Assembly (NCBI GenBank): GCA_963677485.1
Contig: OY781964.1
Location: forward strand, 2,880,001-2,944,000
DNA length: 64,000 bases
Direction of reading: 5' to 3'
Source: Armatimonadota bacterium
GTDB lineage: Bacteria; Armatimonadota; HRBIN16
This document shows, piece after piece, positions 26,816 through 36,539 of the stretch (its first letter is position 1; every line of letters starts with the position of its first letter). A program made the position numbers and the translations under genes. Below the pieces are notes generated by a model that saw nothing but the letters and a program-made list of their open reading frames with translations, made no database searches and was not told the origin of the DNA.

Positions 26816-29800
26816 TCATTTAACCAATCTGGCGCGGAAGTCATACCTGCCCGACGGCAGCTCGCAGACCACGACACCGTCCGCCAGCCGGAGCAGCTTC
26901 ACCTCGGGAACCGCAACCAGCGGGTGGCCGCCTTCGGTGACCGCACTGGGTTTGGACGCCGGTATATGAACCGTGGCGGTGCAGTTTGCGGGCACGCGAA
27001 TCTGCCAGTGAAAGCTGTCGCCTTCGATCTTCCAGTTACTCTCGATCAAACCGTAGATCGACTGGAATGAGGCGTTCACCCACTCCAGATCGCCTACGGG
27101 TTCCGGACACATGATGATGTGCTTGAAGCCGGGCTTCTGCGGATCATACGCAATCCCGGCCAGCGAGCGATACATCCAGGCGCCCAGATAGCCGGACAGG
27201 ATGGTCTGGCTCTGCCCGTTCATGCCCGGGTCGCGGGTGTCACGGTCCCAGCGTTCCCAAATCGATGTGCCGTCTTTCGCCACCATATATCCCCAGCTCG
27301 GGCGCGTGGTCTGGGTGAGTATCGTGTAGCCCACATCGGTTCGGCCGACCTCGGTGAGGGTCTGCATCAGCCATTTCATTCCCGGACAGCCGACGGTCAG
27401 ATGGCCGTGTTTTTTGACCATGATGTCCTTCACCAGGTTCTCCGCCACGGCCTTTCGATGATCTGCAGGAACCAGTCCGAACGCCAACGGCAGCACATAG
27501 GATGTCTGGGTTTGGCTCAAGTAGCAGTTACCCTTCGGGTCGAAGAACGCCTTGTTGAACGCCGTTCCCACCTTCTCCGCCAGCGTTCGAAAGTGGGTGG
27601 CCTCCTTAGGTTCTCCCAGGAAGTCGGCGGTCTTGGTCAGCATCGTGCAGTTGTAATACAGATACGCGGTCGCGAACAAGTCTTTCGGGGTTCCGCCGAA
27701 GTCCGACATCTTACCGTCCATGCTGTAGGCGTCCACCCAGTCGCTATAGGTGCCCCGCCGGTAGATGAAGTCGGAATCCAGCCGGGTCTCCAGGAACCTG
27801 ACCCAGCGATTCATCATCGGGTAGTTTTCGGCGATGATACGCTTGTCGCCATACATGCGGTAGTTGGACCATGGGTTGGTGGTGACCACAGAGGGCCAGC
27901 AGGGGTCGCCGGTGTATGCCCACGCCCAGTAGGAGCCAGCATCCGATATGCAGCCGTCTTCGCGCTGATCAACACGGCATTCACCCAGGAAGCTATTGTA
28001 GAAGGCGGCCACATTGTACATATAGCCTTCGGTCTCGGAGCTCATCTCCGACACACTGAGCCAGGCCTGCCGCTCATCGCGGTCGGGATCCATCGGCACA
28101 CCGCGCTCCTGCATCCGCACCGTGCGCTGCATGTTGGCGTAGATTTTGTTCACCAGCTCGTTGGAGCAGCTTAATGAGCCGACCTTCTCCAGGTCGGTAT
28201 GCACCACCAGCATCTCCAGATCGTTGATGGTTGGAACGCCAGGCCAGCCGGTGATCTCCGCGAAACGCATCCCCTGACCACGGAAGCGCGGTGCCCATGT
28301 TTCCAGTCCATCCCCTTTGAGGGTATACATGTCCGTAGAGAGCGCGCTGCGGTTCGGCGCCATGTCGATCATGCCATCGGGATGACGGTCGAATGTGGTG
28401 CGAATCACCACCCGAGTATCCCTGGGCCCCTTGAGCTTGATGCGCACCATGCCGTAGAGGTTCTGGCCGAAATCGGCCACATACACCCCGGGCCTGGGGT
28501 TGGCGATCGCCATCGGCTTGAGCGTCTCGATCACCCGCATCGGTTCGTGCATCTGCACGATCAGCTTGCCGCCCGGGGCGGAGACCAACTGAACGGGCTG
28601 CCATTTGGAGTCATCGAAACCCGTCTTATCCCAGCCAGCCTGCTCCATGCGGGCGTCATACTCCTCGCCGTCAAATTCGCTGTTGGCGCGGATCGGCCCC
28701 TGGTCGGTGATCTTCCAGTTGGCGTCGCTGACCACAAGCCGCGAACTGCCGTCGGCGAACTCCAGCCGCATTTGAAACAGCAGCTTCGGATAGCCGAAAG
28801 TGGGCGTGGCCACCGGCAGCAGCACCCTCGGAGCAAAGAAGCGTCCGTTGCCCAGCATCACCCCCACCGCATTCTGACCATCCTGCAGGTATTTGGTGAC
28901 GTCAAAGCAGACGTACATCGCCCGCTTGTCGTATCGGCTGTGGGTGGGGTCCATGATGCGGTTGTCCACCTTCTTGCCGTTTAAATAGAGCTCCGAAAAG
29001 CCCAGACCGCTCATGAACACGGTGGCCCGATCGAGCCTTGGTAATACTTCGATCTCGCGGCGCAACATGCGGGCAGGCAGACGGCGGTGGTCGGATTGTG
29101 CTGTGCTGCCCCAGGGTGCCATCCCGTAGGATCCCAACACGCGGGCCGGCTTCCATGCGGGCTCGTCCAGCGGTGCGGTCTGCCAGCCAGCGTCTACACT
29201 CTTGCTCACACGCCAGTCGGCATCCGTGTTGATGATCAGCGGGCTGCCCTGAGAAAACTCTAGCTGCAGCTCCGCCAGCAACCCTGCTGGATTCACCGTG
29301 TCGGTGCCCAGCTCGTTCGTCACCTCGATCGCCAGGGTGTTTTCGCCGCTGTGCAGCCACCGGCTGATATAAGCATCTGCTCGGTTGGGGTAACCGCCGC
29401 CGTCAGCCGCCTTTTCGCCGTTGACCCAGAGGGCGAATTTGTTGTCGGTCAGCAGATATATGTGCGCCTTCGTCAGCGTCCGGTCGGACGGAAGAGTGAA
29501 TGTGCGACGGAAATGGCGTGTCTCGGCCCCGACGCCCGCCACGGCGTTTCCCTCAGGATACCAGAGCCATTTGGCCTCGCGGAAGAGGGGGTCTGAAGCT
29601 TCGTCCAGGCCGATCCATTTACCCTTCCAGTCTTCGGGCTGCAGTAGCCCCATCGACCAGTGTGCCGACGCACTCCATTGTGAGGCCCGGCCCTGCTCAT
29701 CCCACACTCGCAGCTTCCAGTAGCATCTTTGCTCAGATTTCAGGCGTTTTCCCGCATACACGATGTGCAGTTGCTGATCGGACTGGATTTTGCCGGTATC

Positions 29801-30004
29801 CCACAGATCACCGTGCTCGCGCCGCAGGGCCTCTTCGCTGGAGGCCACTATGATCTGATATGCCGTCTGCCGCTGACCGCGGGCTTCGCCCTCACCCGCT
29901 TCCAGCCGCCAGTTGAGACGTGGAGCGGTGACATCAATGCCCAGCGGGTTCTTGAGATACTCACAACGGAGATCGGTGGGGCTCAGACTGTTTAGAATCG
30001 GCAT
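26816..30004 (-). CDS. Alpha-L-rhamnosidase (GH78)
   Basis: LRCEYLKNPLGID, DFGQNLYG, PMDPDRDERQAW, SIWERW motifs. Confidence 0.93.
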   Translation of the reverse strand: MPILNSLSPTDLRCEYLKNPLGIDVTAPRLNWRLEAGEGEARGQRQTAYQIIVASSEEALRREHGDLWDTGKIQSDQQLHIVYAGKRLKSEQRCYWKLRVWDEQGRASQWSASAHWSMGLLQPEDWKGKWIGLDEASDPLFREAKWLWYPEGNAVAGVGAETRHFRRTFTLPSDRTLTKAHIYLLTDNKFALWVNGEKAADGGGYPNRADAYISRWLHSGENTLAIEVTNELGTDTVNPAGLLAELQLEFSQGSPLIINTDADWRVSKSVDAGWQTAPLDEPAWKPARVLGSYGMAPWGSTAQSDHRRLPARMLRREIEVLPRLDRATVFMSGLGFSELYLNGKKVDNRIMDPTHSRYDKRAMYVCFDVTKYLQDGQNAVGVMLGNGRFFAPRVLLPVATPTFGYPKLLFQMRLEFADGSSRLVVSDANWKITDQGPIRANSEFDGEEYDARMEQAGWDKTGFDDSKWQPVQLVSAPGGKLIVQMHEPMRVIETLKPMAIANPRPGVYVADFGQNLYGMVRIKLKGPRDTRVVIRTTFDRHPDGMIDMAPNRSALSTDMYTLKGDGLETWAPRFRGQGMRFAEITGWPGVPTINDLEMLVVHTDLEKVGSLSCSNELVNKIYANMQRTVRMQERGVPMDPDRDERQAWLSVSEMSSETEGYMYNVAAFYNSFLGECRVDQREDGCISDAGSYWAWAYTGDPCWPSVVTTNPWSNYRMYGDKRIIAENYPMMNRWVRFLETRLDSDFIYRRGTYSDWVDAYSMDGKMSDFGGTPKDLFATAYLYYNCTMLTKTADFLGEPKEATHFRTLAEKVGTAFNKAFFDPKGNCYLSQTQTSYVLPLAFGLVPADHRKAVAENLVKDIMVKKHGHLTVGCPGMKWLMQTLTEVGRTDVGYTILTQTTRPSWGYMVAKDGTSIWERWDRDTRDPGMNGQSQTILSGYLGAWMYRSLAGIAYDPQKPGFKHIIMCPEPVGDLEWVNASFQSIYGLIESNWKIEGDSFHWQIRVPANCTATVHIPASKPSAVTEGGHPLVAVPEVKLLRLADGVVVCELPSGRYDFRARLVK

Positions 30005-30174
30005 GGTTTGTTATATCCTCTATATGGTGATCGCAGGAATGCATGTCTCTTTCCTCCATTGTACTCTGCGACCGATATGGGGGCGAAACCAGGCAAAACA
30101 CCTTCATGGCGCGAGCGGTAAGAATGGCGGGGTACCAATGTCGAATACCCGGCCAATGACAAATAAGGACTAAT

Positions 30175-32229
30175 ATGAATACCACTACTTCCAGTCACAT
30201 GCGAATGCTACAGTTCTGGACAGCACTCATTGCCTCTCTGGCATTGGTAGGACCGCTGAATGCCGCGACACCGCGCTTCGAGGCCCGGTATGACGCCACT
30301 GACCAAGGCCCCATCATACGCCACGGTGACGGGCCGGATGGCTGCGATGCGCATGGAATGCGCGAGCCCAGCATCGTGCAGCAGGACAGCAAATTCTACC
30401 TTTTCTATGACGGTTGTGCCGCTCCCGGCTGGATCGCCTGCCTGGCGACCAGCGATGACCTCAAAACCTGGAAGAAGCACGGGCGTGTTCTGTCACTGGG
30501 TCCTGCGGGGTCCGATGACTCCGCGACCGCCAGCAGTCCCTGGCTGAGGAAGCAGGGCGATACCTGGTATATGTATTACCTCATTTCTGCCGCAGCTTCA
30601 CCAGCTCCAGACTACGTGCCCATTGGGCCATACCTGGCGCGAATGGCCACCTCAAAGTCGATCATGGGGCCGTGGATACAGCACAGGGACTATGTGCCGT
30701 TCCGTGGGACCTATGCGGGAGACATCATATGGTACCACGGCGAGTACATGATGTTCGTCAATGGCGGTCAGGGGATCGCACGAACCAAGGATCTGAGTAA
30801 GCCATGGACGGTAGACGCGAAACGGCAGATCACGCTGCCAATGGAAAACTCCTCTATATATTTCGAGCCGAGTAATGGCTACTACTGGATGTTCTTGAAC
30901 CACATCCGTCTATACCCTTATCCACATACCGATGCGACTTATGTGTTCTGGACGAAGAACCCCAATAAGTGGAGCGACCGCGACCATGCCGTCGTGCTGG
31001 ACGGCCGCAACAGCAAGTGGAGCAAGGCGATTACGGGCATGGCGACGGTGACGAAGGTGGGTAACCGCCTCGCCATCTTTTATGACGGTAATGATTCGAC
31101 TGACATTGGCCACATGGGACGCGATATCGGCCTGGCCTGGCTCGATCTTCCGCTGTCACCCGAGAAGGTGAAGCTGCTGGCTTTACCTCCCAGTGAGGAG
31201 GACGACACAAGCAGTCTGAAGGACTGGATATGGCACCCGACGGTGGGTGATCAAGCCGCCACGGTGCGCTTCCGAGGGAGCCTCGATCTCCCTGCCGGTG
31301 TGAAGGCCAAACGCGCCCAGTTGACCATCACCGCCGATAAATCCTACACGCTTTGGTTGAACGGCCAGCGCGTCGGCAGAGGAACCAACTGGCAGGGGTT
31401 GGGCATATATGATGTCACGAAGAATCTGCGGGCAGGCCGCAACACGATTGCCGCAGAGGTGGTCAACGACGGTGGTGCAGGCGGGATGATCGCGGGCCTT
31501 AAAGTGTGGCTTGCGAATGGGCGGGTGATCACCAGCGGCTCATCCAGCGACTGGCGATGCGAAACCGGCACTGGGACTGATCTGAGTTGGACGAAACCGG
31601 AGTTTCAAGCCAACTGGCTTGCGGCGAAGAAGCTGGGGAATGCGGGTGCTCTACCCTGGCAGTTGGGCTCCTCTGAGCTGGATCTGCTGCCCAAGGCCTT
31701 GGCAGCCCGTGCCGCGAAGGTGCAGGCAGGTCCACCCAGCCTGCATCTGGGTGGCGGCTTTGAGAAGGGGATGCAAAACTGGAAGGTGACCGGTGGAGAC
31801 CGCATCGCGTATGACTGGGACCGCTTCTCGCGTAACCTCTGGATGGGTGACTTCTACCTCTGGCTGAACGGTCCGGGTGGTGTGGCGGAGCAAATCAGCT
31901 CTGTGCCCATCCAGGCAGGAACCAGATATACCCTTTCCGCCGAGGTGGGATACAGCCTGGACATCCGCAAGAGCAACCTGCCGTGGCCTGGTGGTCGGCT
32001 GGTGCTTGTCTCAAAGGGAGCTGATGGAGTGAAGCCGCTGGCGTCGGTGATACTGCCACCATTTACCAGTGCGGAAGCGGGCCGATTCAAGAAGGTCAGC
32101 CTCACCTGGAAGGGTAGCTCCTCCGCGAAAGGTCGGCTCATCGGTGCGCGGCTGGAGTCCAACGGCCCGCAGATCGCGTGGGACAACGTGCGGCTGGTGG
32201 AGGAGACTGTTGGCGGGCGAGGGGACTAA
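30175..32229 (+). CDS. Secreted five-bladed beta-propeller glycoside-hydrolase-like protein with carbohydrate-binding modules
   Basis: Signal peptide; REPSIV, LATSDDLKTWKK, FYDG...DIGLA; central domain similar to the insert domain of the neighbouring GH78. Confidence 0.8.
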   Translation: MNTTTSSHMRMLQFWTALIASLALVGPLNAATPRFEARYDATDQGPIIRHGDGPDGCDAHGMREPSIVQQDSKFYLFYDGCAAPGWIACLATSDDLKTWKKHGRVLSLGPAGSDDSATASSPWLRKQGDTWYMYYLISAAASPAPDYVPIGPYLARMATSKSIMGPWIQHRDYVPFRGTYAGDIIWYHGEYMMFVNGGQGIARTKDLSKPWTVDAKRQITLPMENSSIYFEPSNGYYWMFLNHIRLYPYPHTDATYVFWTKNPNKWSDRDHAVVLDGRNSKWSKAITGMATVTKVGNRLAIFYDGNDSTDIGHMGRDIGLAWLDLPLSPEKVKLLALPPSEEDDTSSLKDWIWHPTVGDQAATVRFRGSLDLPAGVKAKRAQLTITADKSYTLWLNGQRVGRGTNWQGLGIYDVTKNLRAGRNTIAAEVVNDGGAGGMIAGLKVWLANGRVITSGSSSDWRCETGTGTDLSWTKPEFQANWLAAKKLGNAGALPWQLGSSELDLLPKALAARAAKVQAGPPSLHLGGGFEKGMQNWKVTGGDRIAYDWDRFSRNLWMGDFYLWLNGPGGVAEQISSVPIQAGTRYTLSAEVGYSLDIRKSNLPWPGGRLVLVSKGADGVKPLASVILPPFTSAEAGRFKKVSLTWKGSSSAKGRLIGARLESNGPQIAWDNVRLVEETVGGRGD

Positions 32230-32933
32230 ATCCGCGGCAGCATGAGCTGGTGGCCTGCGATTTGGGCGTTCGGCCCCGTGTCGACGGGTTCTATCGCCCC
32301 AGGGGGCTCCATCACCCGTCGCTGATCAAATGGCTGCCCGCGTCGCTTCGCTCCTGCGGGCGCTGGCGGAGGGCTCCCGGCGCCCGCTTGCGGGCTGCGA
32401 CTCATCAGACGCGCGGTGAGGAAACCCCATTTATGGGGTGACTAAACCCGCGGCATCGTGGCTGATCACCGGCGACGTGGGCTATTGGCCCAGTGTCGAC
32501 GGGTTCTATCGCCCCAGGGGGCTCCATCACCCGTCGCTGATCAAATGGCTGCCCGCGTCGCTTCGCTCCTGCGGGCGCTAGCGGAGGGCCATCTGCGCCC
32601 GCTTGCGGGCTGCGACTCATCAGACGCGCGGTGAGGAAACCCCATTTATGGGGTGACTAAACCCGCGGCATCGTGGCTGATCACCGGCGACGTGGGCAAT
32701 TGGCCCAGTGTCGACGGGTTCCATCGCCCCAGGGGGCTCCATCACCCGTCGCTGATCAGGTGGCTGCCCGCGTCGCTTCGCTCCTGCGGGCGCTGGGGGA
32801 GGGCCATCTGCGCCCGCTTGCGGGCTGCGACTCATCAGACGCGCGGTGAGGAAACCCCATTTATGGGGTGACTATACCCGCGGCAATGTGGCTGGTGGCC
32901 TGCGACATGGGTTGATATGCCCGTGTCGACGGG
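32224..32933 (-). repeat. Tandem array of about 3.3 copies of a 215 bp multi-hairpin element
   Basis: gactaWaYccgcggca recurs at 32224, 32440, 32655, 32870 (period 215-216); near-identical units. Confidence 0.97.
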
Positions 32934-32936
32934 ATT

Positions 32937-33014
32937 GGCTAACCGCCAGACCGGCGCGGTCTACAGCCTTCTGTAGTCGCTAGCGTACTGACAGACCGCC
33001 CCGGACATAGGCAA
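32937..33014. repeat. Palindromic repeat arm (gaccggcgcggtc / cagaccgccccggac family)
   Basis: Approximate reverse complement of 62302-62379. Confidence 0.75.
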
Positions 33015-33056
33015 TTGGGGGTTCAGCTAGCCACAAAACCTCCCCGGACAGTGCCA

Positions 33057-33091
33057 CACAAAAGGCCGGCGCGGATAAACCGCGTCGGCCT
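33057..33091 (-). terminator. Intrinsic terminator of the oxidoreductase gene
   Basis: Minus strand aggccgacgcgg-tttat-ccgcgccggcc-ttttgtg. Confidence 0.65.
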
Positions 33092-33115
33092 GATGGGATA
33101 CCGCCTGTGGCGATC

Positions 33116-34150
33116 CTATTTGTATTTTGCGAGTTGGGCGCGGCTCTGCTTGGCACTGCGGTCGGCCAGGTCCAGAATGTGAATCGGTCGTCGAGCCCAC
33201 TCAGGGGTGATGATGAGTTCCTCGCCTTTGATCAGGTGGTCGGCGATGTTTTGATACAGCTTCCAGCCTTCACCGGCGGGGTTGCCACCGCGGCGGACGG
33301 TCGATTCGCCCTTCTCATTGCGGCTGATGACTTCATATGAGCCATGGTCCATGATGTAGGTGCCCTTGGTGCCTGTGATCTCCAATACGCCGCGCTTCGG
33401 GTTGGAATCCAACTGGCTGATGGTCAGGGTGAGCCACTGTCCGTTACTGAAGCGCACCACAGCCTGGCCTTCATCTTCGTTGGTGTCTTTACCCCATTTG
33501 GTTTGGTCGGCCCAATAGCCATACTTGGCATAACCGCTCACTTCCACCATGTCGCCATCCAGCAACTGCAGGCTGTATTCCAGAACGTGAACGCCCCAGT
33601 CATACATAATTCCGCCGGAGATGGTCTTGCTGCTGCGCCACCAGTCGCCCGGCTTACCATAGCCGCCCATATGCGCTTCGATACGGACGACATCGCCGAT
33701 CGCTCCGCCGCGAATCTCTTCCACAGCCTTGAGGATGCATCCGTCCCAGTGACGGTTGTGATAGGTGCTCAGCACCACGCCGTTCGCTTTGGCGGCCGCG
33801 ATCATGGCGTCACATTCGCCGGTGGTGATGGCCAGCGGCTTTTCGCAGACCACATGCTTGCCTGCTTTCAGGCATTGCAGGGCCAGTTTGGCATGGGTGT
33901 TATGCGGGGTGATGATGGCAACCATGTCTACATCGCATTTGCTCAGCATGGTACCAAGGTTGGCGTATGTGGCGATGCCAGGGAAGTCCTTCTTGGCCTG
34001 CTTGCGCAGATCCTCGCTCAACTCCACCACAGCGGTGGGCACCATTCCGGCTTTCGCCATTTCATTAAGGTGGGCTCTGCCCATTCCGAAGGCTCCGCTG
34101 TATCCTACGACAGCGACTTTGATCTGATCGGCACTTACGTATTTCGGCAT
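33116..34150 (-). CDS. Gfo/Idh/MocA family oxidoreductase
   Basis: VAVVGY, TPHNTH, GKHVVCEKP, GGIMYDWGVH. Confidence 0.95.
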   Translation of the reverse strand: MPKYVSADQIKVAVVGYSGAFGMGRAHLNEMAKAGMVPTAVVELSEDLRKQAKKDFPGIATYANLGTMLSKCDVDMVAIITPHNTHAKLALQCLKAGKHVVCEKPLAITTGECDAMIAAAKANGVVLSTYHNRHWDGCILKAVEEIRGGAIGDVVRIEAHMGGYGKPGDWWRSSKTISGGIMYDWGVHVLEYSLQLLDGDMVEVSGYAKYGYWADQTKWGKDTNEDEGQAVVRFSNGQWLTLTISQLDSNPKRGVLEITGTKGTYIMDHGSYEVISRNEKGESTVRRGGNPAGEGWKLYQNIADHLIKGEELIITPEWARRPIHILDLADRSAKQSRAQLAKYK

Positions 34151-34318
34151 ATGTGTTTACCTCATGTAGTTTGGGGGTATCATCTCTGCTAGTTTAGCCC
34201 TTACATGCCTGTTTCCCTTCACCATTTCGGGTATATGCCGAAAGTTGCTAATCTCCTTTACGCCTTGCACACGATATAATAAAACCAGTAGCAACCGCAT
34301 GGAGATGAAGCCCCGAAT

Positions 34319-35422
34319 ATGCTGGACCCAACCACTTTAGAGTTACAACCATACCGATATAAATTGGACGAACTGGCCATCAGCCTGAAGGTTGAGTATG
34401 TTCGCCTGCAGATAGCTGATATCGAAGCGAAAACCACAAACGCGGCCTTTTGGGACAACCCCACCGAGGCGCAGTTCACAATGCAGCAGCTCAACACACT
34501 GAAGCAAAGCATCGCCCCATGGGAACAGGTCAACCAGCAGTTGGCCGACCTGGAGGCGACGGTCGAGTTGCTGAAGGAAGACGAGGATGAGGAGCTCATC
34601 GCCGAATTCCTGGAAGAGGTGGAGACGCTCAAAACCAGTCTGGACAACCTGGAAATTGAGACCCTGCTATCGGGCGAGCACGATGACAGAACCGCCATTC
34701 TGGAAGTGAACGCCGGCGCGGGCGGCACCGAGAGCTGTGACTGGGCGGAAATGCTGTTGCGCATGTATCTGCGCTGGGCCGCCTCCCGCGGATTTCATAC
34801 GGAGATCATTGACCATAACCCTGGCGACGTGGCGGGAATCAAAAGCGCCACCATCCGCATTGAGGGCCGAAACGCCTTCGGATACAGCCGCGGCGAGAGC
34901 GGAGTGCATCGCCTGGTGCGCATCTCGCCTTTTGACTCCAACGCCCGCCGACATACCTCCTTCGCCTCTGTCGATGTGGTGCCGGAAATCGAAGTGAACG
35001 AAGTGGATATGAACACCGACGACATCAAGCTGGAGACCTTCCGCGCCAGCACCGCCGGTGGGCAGCATATGCAGAAAAATGAAACCGCCGTGCGCTTGAC
35101 GCATATCCCGACCAATACGGTAGTCACATGTCAGAATGAGCGCAGTCAGGGGCAGAACCGGCTGCTGGCCATGAAAGTTTTGGGTGCACGGCTGGCGGAG
35201 CGTGAACGGCGTCTTGCGATCGAAAGGCTCAACGAGCTGCGTGGCGACACCGCCCCAATCGAATGGGGGCACCAGATCCGCAGCTATGTATTCCAGCCGT
35301 ATTATATGGTGAAGGACCACCGCACCAACGCCGAATCGGGCAGTGTGCCCGCCATTATGAATGGCGACATCGACCTGTTCATCCACGCCTATTTGAAATG
35401 GAAGAAGTCGAAGGAGATCTAA
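34319..35422 (+). CDS. prfB: Peptide chain release factor 2
   Basis: GAGGTESCDWA, GVHRLVRISPFD (SPF motif), GGQ, WGHQIRSYV; continuous ORF. Confidence 0.97.
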   Translation: MLDPTTLELQPYRYKLDELAISLKVEYVRLQIADIEAKTTNAAFWDNPTEAQFTMQQLNTLKQSIAPWEQVNQQLADLEATVELLKEDEDEELIAEFLEEVETLKTSLDNLEIETLLSGEHDDRTAILEVNAGAGGTESCDWAEMLLRMYLRWAASRGFHTEIIDHNPGDVAGIKSATIRIEGRNAFGYSRGESGVHRLVRISPFDSNARRHTSFASVDVVPEIEVNEVDMNTDDIKLETFRASTAGGQHMQKNETAVRLTHIPTNTVVTCQNERSQGQNRLLAMKVLGARLAERERRLAIERLNELRGDTAPIEWGHQIRSYVFQPYYMVKDHRTNAESGSVPAIMNGDIDLFIHAYLKWKKSKEI

Positions 35423-35423
35423 A

Positions 35424-36338
35424 ATGGCCAGACATCTGCGACGGGTTACCTGGCTGATGGCTGGTATTACGGCAGTCTGCTCGATTGGGTGTTCTACCGC
35501 ACCGATGTTCGATGGGGACCGAGCTTATACAGACCTCAAGAAGCAGGTGTCGTTTGGCCCTCGTGTGCCGAACACCAAACCGCACACACTGTGTCGCGAT
35601 TGGATGGTGAGCCAGCTAAAACCCCTAGCCGATAAGGTGATCGTTCAGAGTTTTTGGGACCACGCGCGAGATACGGATCTAAATCTTAACAACGTGATCG
35701 CTGTGTTCAACCCGAAGGCCAGCAAAAAGCTGATGATCGCCGCCCATTGGGACAGCCGCCCCGTGAGCGACCAGGCCAGCTCTGAGAGTGACCGTGTTAA
35801 ACCCGTGCCTGGGGCCAACGATGGAGCCAGCGGTGTGGCTGTGCTGCTGGAACTAGCCCGCTGCTTGAAGCAAAAAGCGCCGGATGTGTGCGTGGTGCTT
35901 GCTTTCTGGGATGGTGAAGACTACGGTCCAAACACCAAACAGATGTTCCTGGGCAGCCGTTATTTCATACAAGACCCTAGAGGATTCCGGCCAGATAGCG
36001 GAATTCTGCTGGACATGATCGGTGACTCGGATCTGCAGATATCCCGCGAAACGAACTCCGATATCTCCGATTGTACCGCGTTGGATCGGCTTTGGGCGAT
36101 CGCGGCCGATAAGGGATACCAGAAGCATTTCCCAGAACATCTCGGCCAGCCAATTGAGGATGACCACATCCCCTTCATCGGAGCGGGTGTTCCGTTTGTA
36201 GACCTCATCGATTTTGACTACCCATACTGGCACACCCCCGCCGACACCGCCGATAAATGCAGTGCCAAAAGTCTGAAAGTGGTGGGTGATGTGGTGTTGA
36301 GCTATATCTACCAGTATGGTAAGGGTAAGGCAGAGTAG
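35424..36338 (+). CDS. M28 family peptidase / glutaminyl cyclase-like exported protein (possible lipoprotein)
   Basis: AHWDSRP, GANDGASGV, WDGED, LLDMIG, IEDDHIPF, WHT. Confidence 0.92.
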   Translation: MARHLRRVTWLMAGITAVCSIGCSTAPMFDGDRAYTDLKKQVSFGPRVPNTKPHTLCRDWMVSQLKPLADKVIVQSFWDHARDTDLNLNNVIAVFNPKASKKLMIAAHWDSRPVSDQASSESDRVKPVPGANDGASGVAVLLELARCLKQKAPDVCVVLAFWDGEDYGPNTKQMFLGSRYFIQDPRGFRPDSGILLDMIGDSDLQISRETNSDISDCTALDRLWAIAADKGYQKHFPEHLGQPIEDDHIPFIGAGVPFVDLIDFDYPYWHTPADTADKCSAKSLKVVGDVVLSYIYQYGKGKAE

Positions 36339-36539
36339 GGTTCGTGTCAGTTATCCATAATGATAACGGCCCCTTGGAAACGCCAATCTCCCGATTGGCA
36401 TTTTCTCCGTTCGTGTCCATTTGTGGTTGAATACCGGCCAATAGGATTTGAAGGACGAGGTGGACAAGGTGGACATGGAAATGAAGGGCCCATAGCAGGG
36501 CAAGGGGCAGCTATTTACTGCCCCTTATGCATATCGTGG

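Noticed and set aside
27119-28984. Long antisense ORFs within GH78 (and similar shadows elsewhere)
   Set aside because: Expected shadow ORFs in GC-rich coding DNA with no recognisable motifs.
32395-32415. Hammerhead ribozyme (CTGATGAG on minus strand)
   Set aside because: No GAAA core after a stem II, and the motif is not conserved in other copies (ctagattg, ctactaaa, ctgatcat).
32405-32455. HDV-like ribozyme (GGT-TTCCTC-ACC resembling P3/L3 on minus strand)
   Set aside because: No consistent P1 pairing and no GG for P1.1 after the putative P1 3' strand.
32405-32871. Repeated 71-72 aa ORFs in the tandem array
   Set aside because: By-products of the repeat; other family copies have frame-breaking loop-length changes.
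32224-32933. CRISPR array
   Set aside because: Units are 215 bp and near-identical throughout, with no unique spacers and no cas genes.
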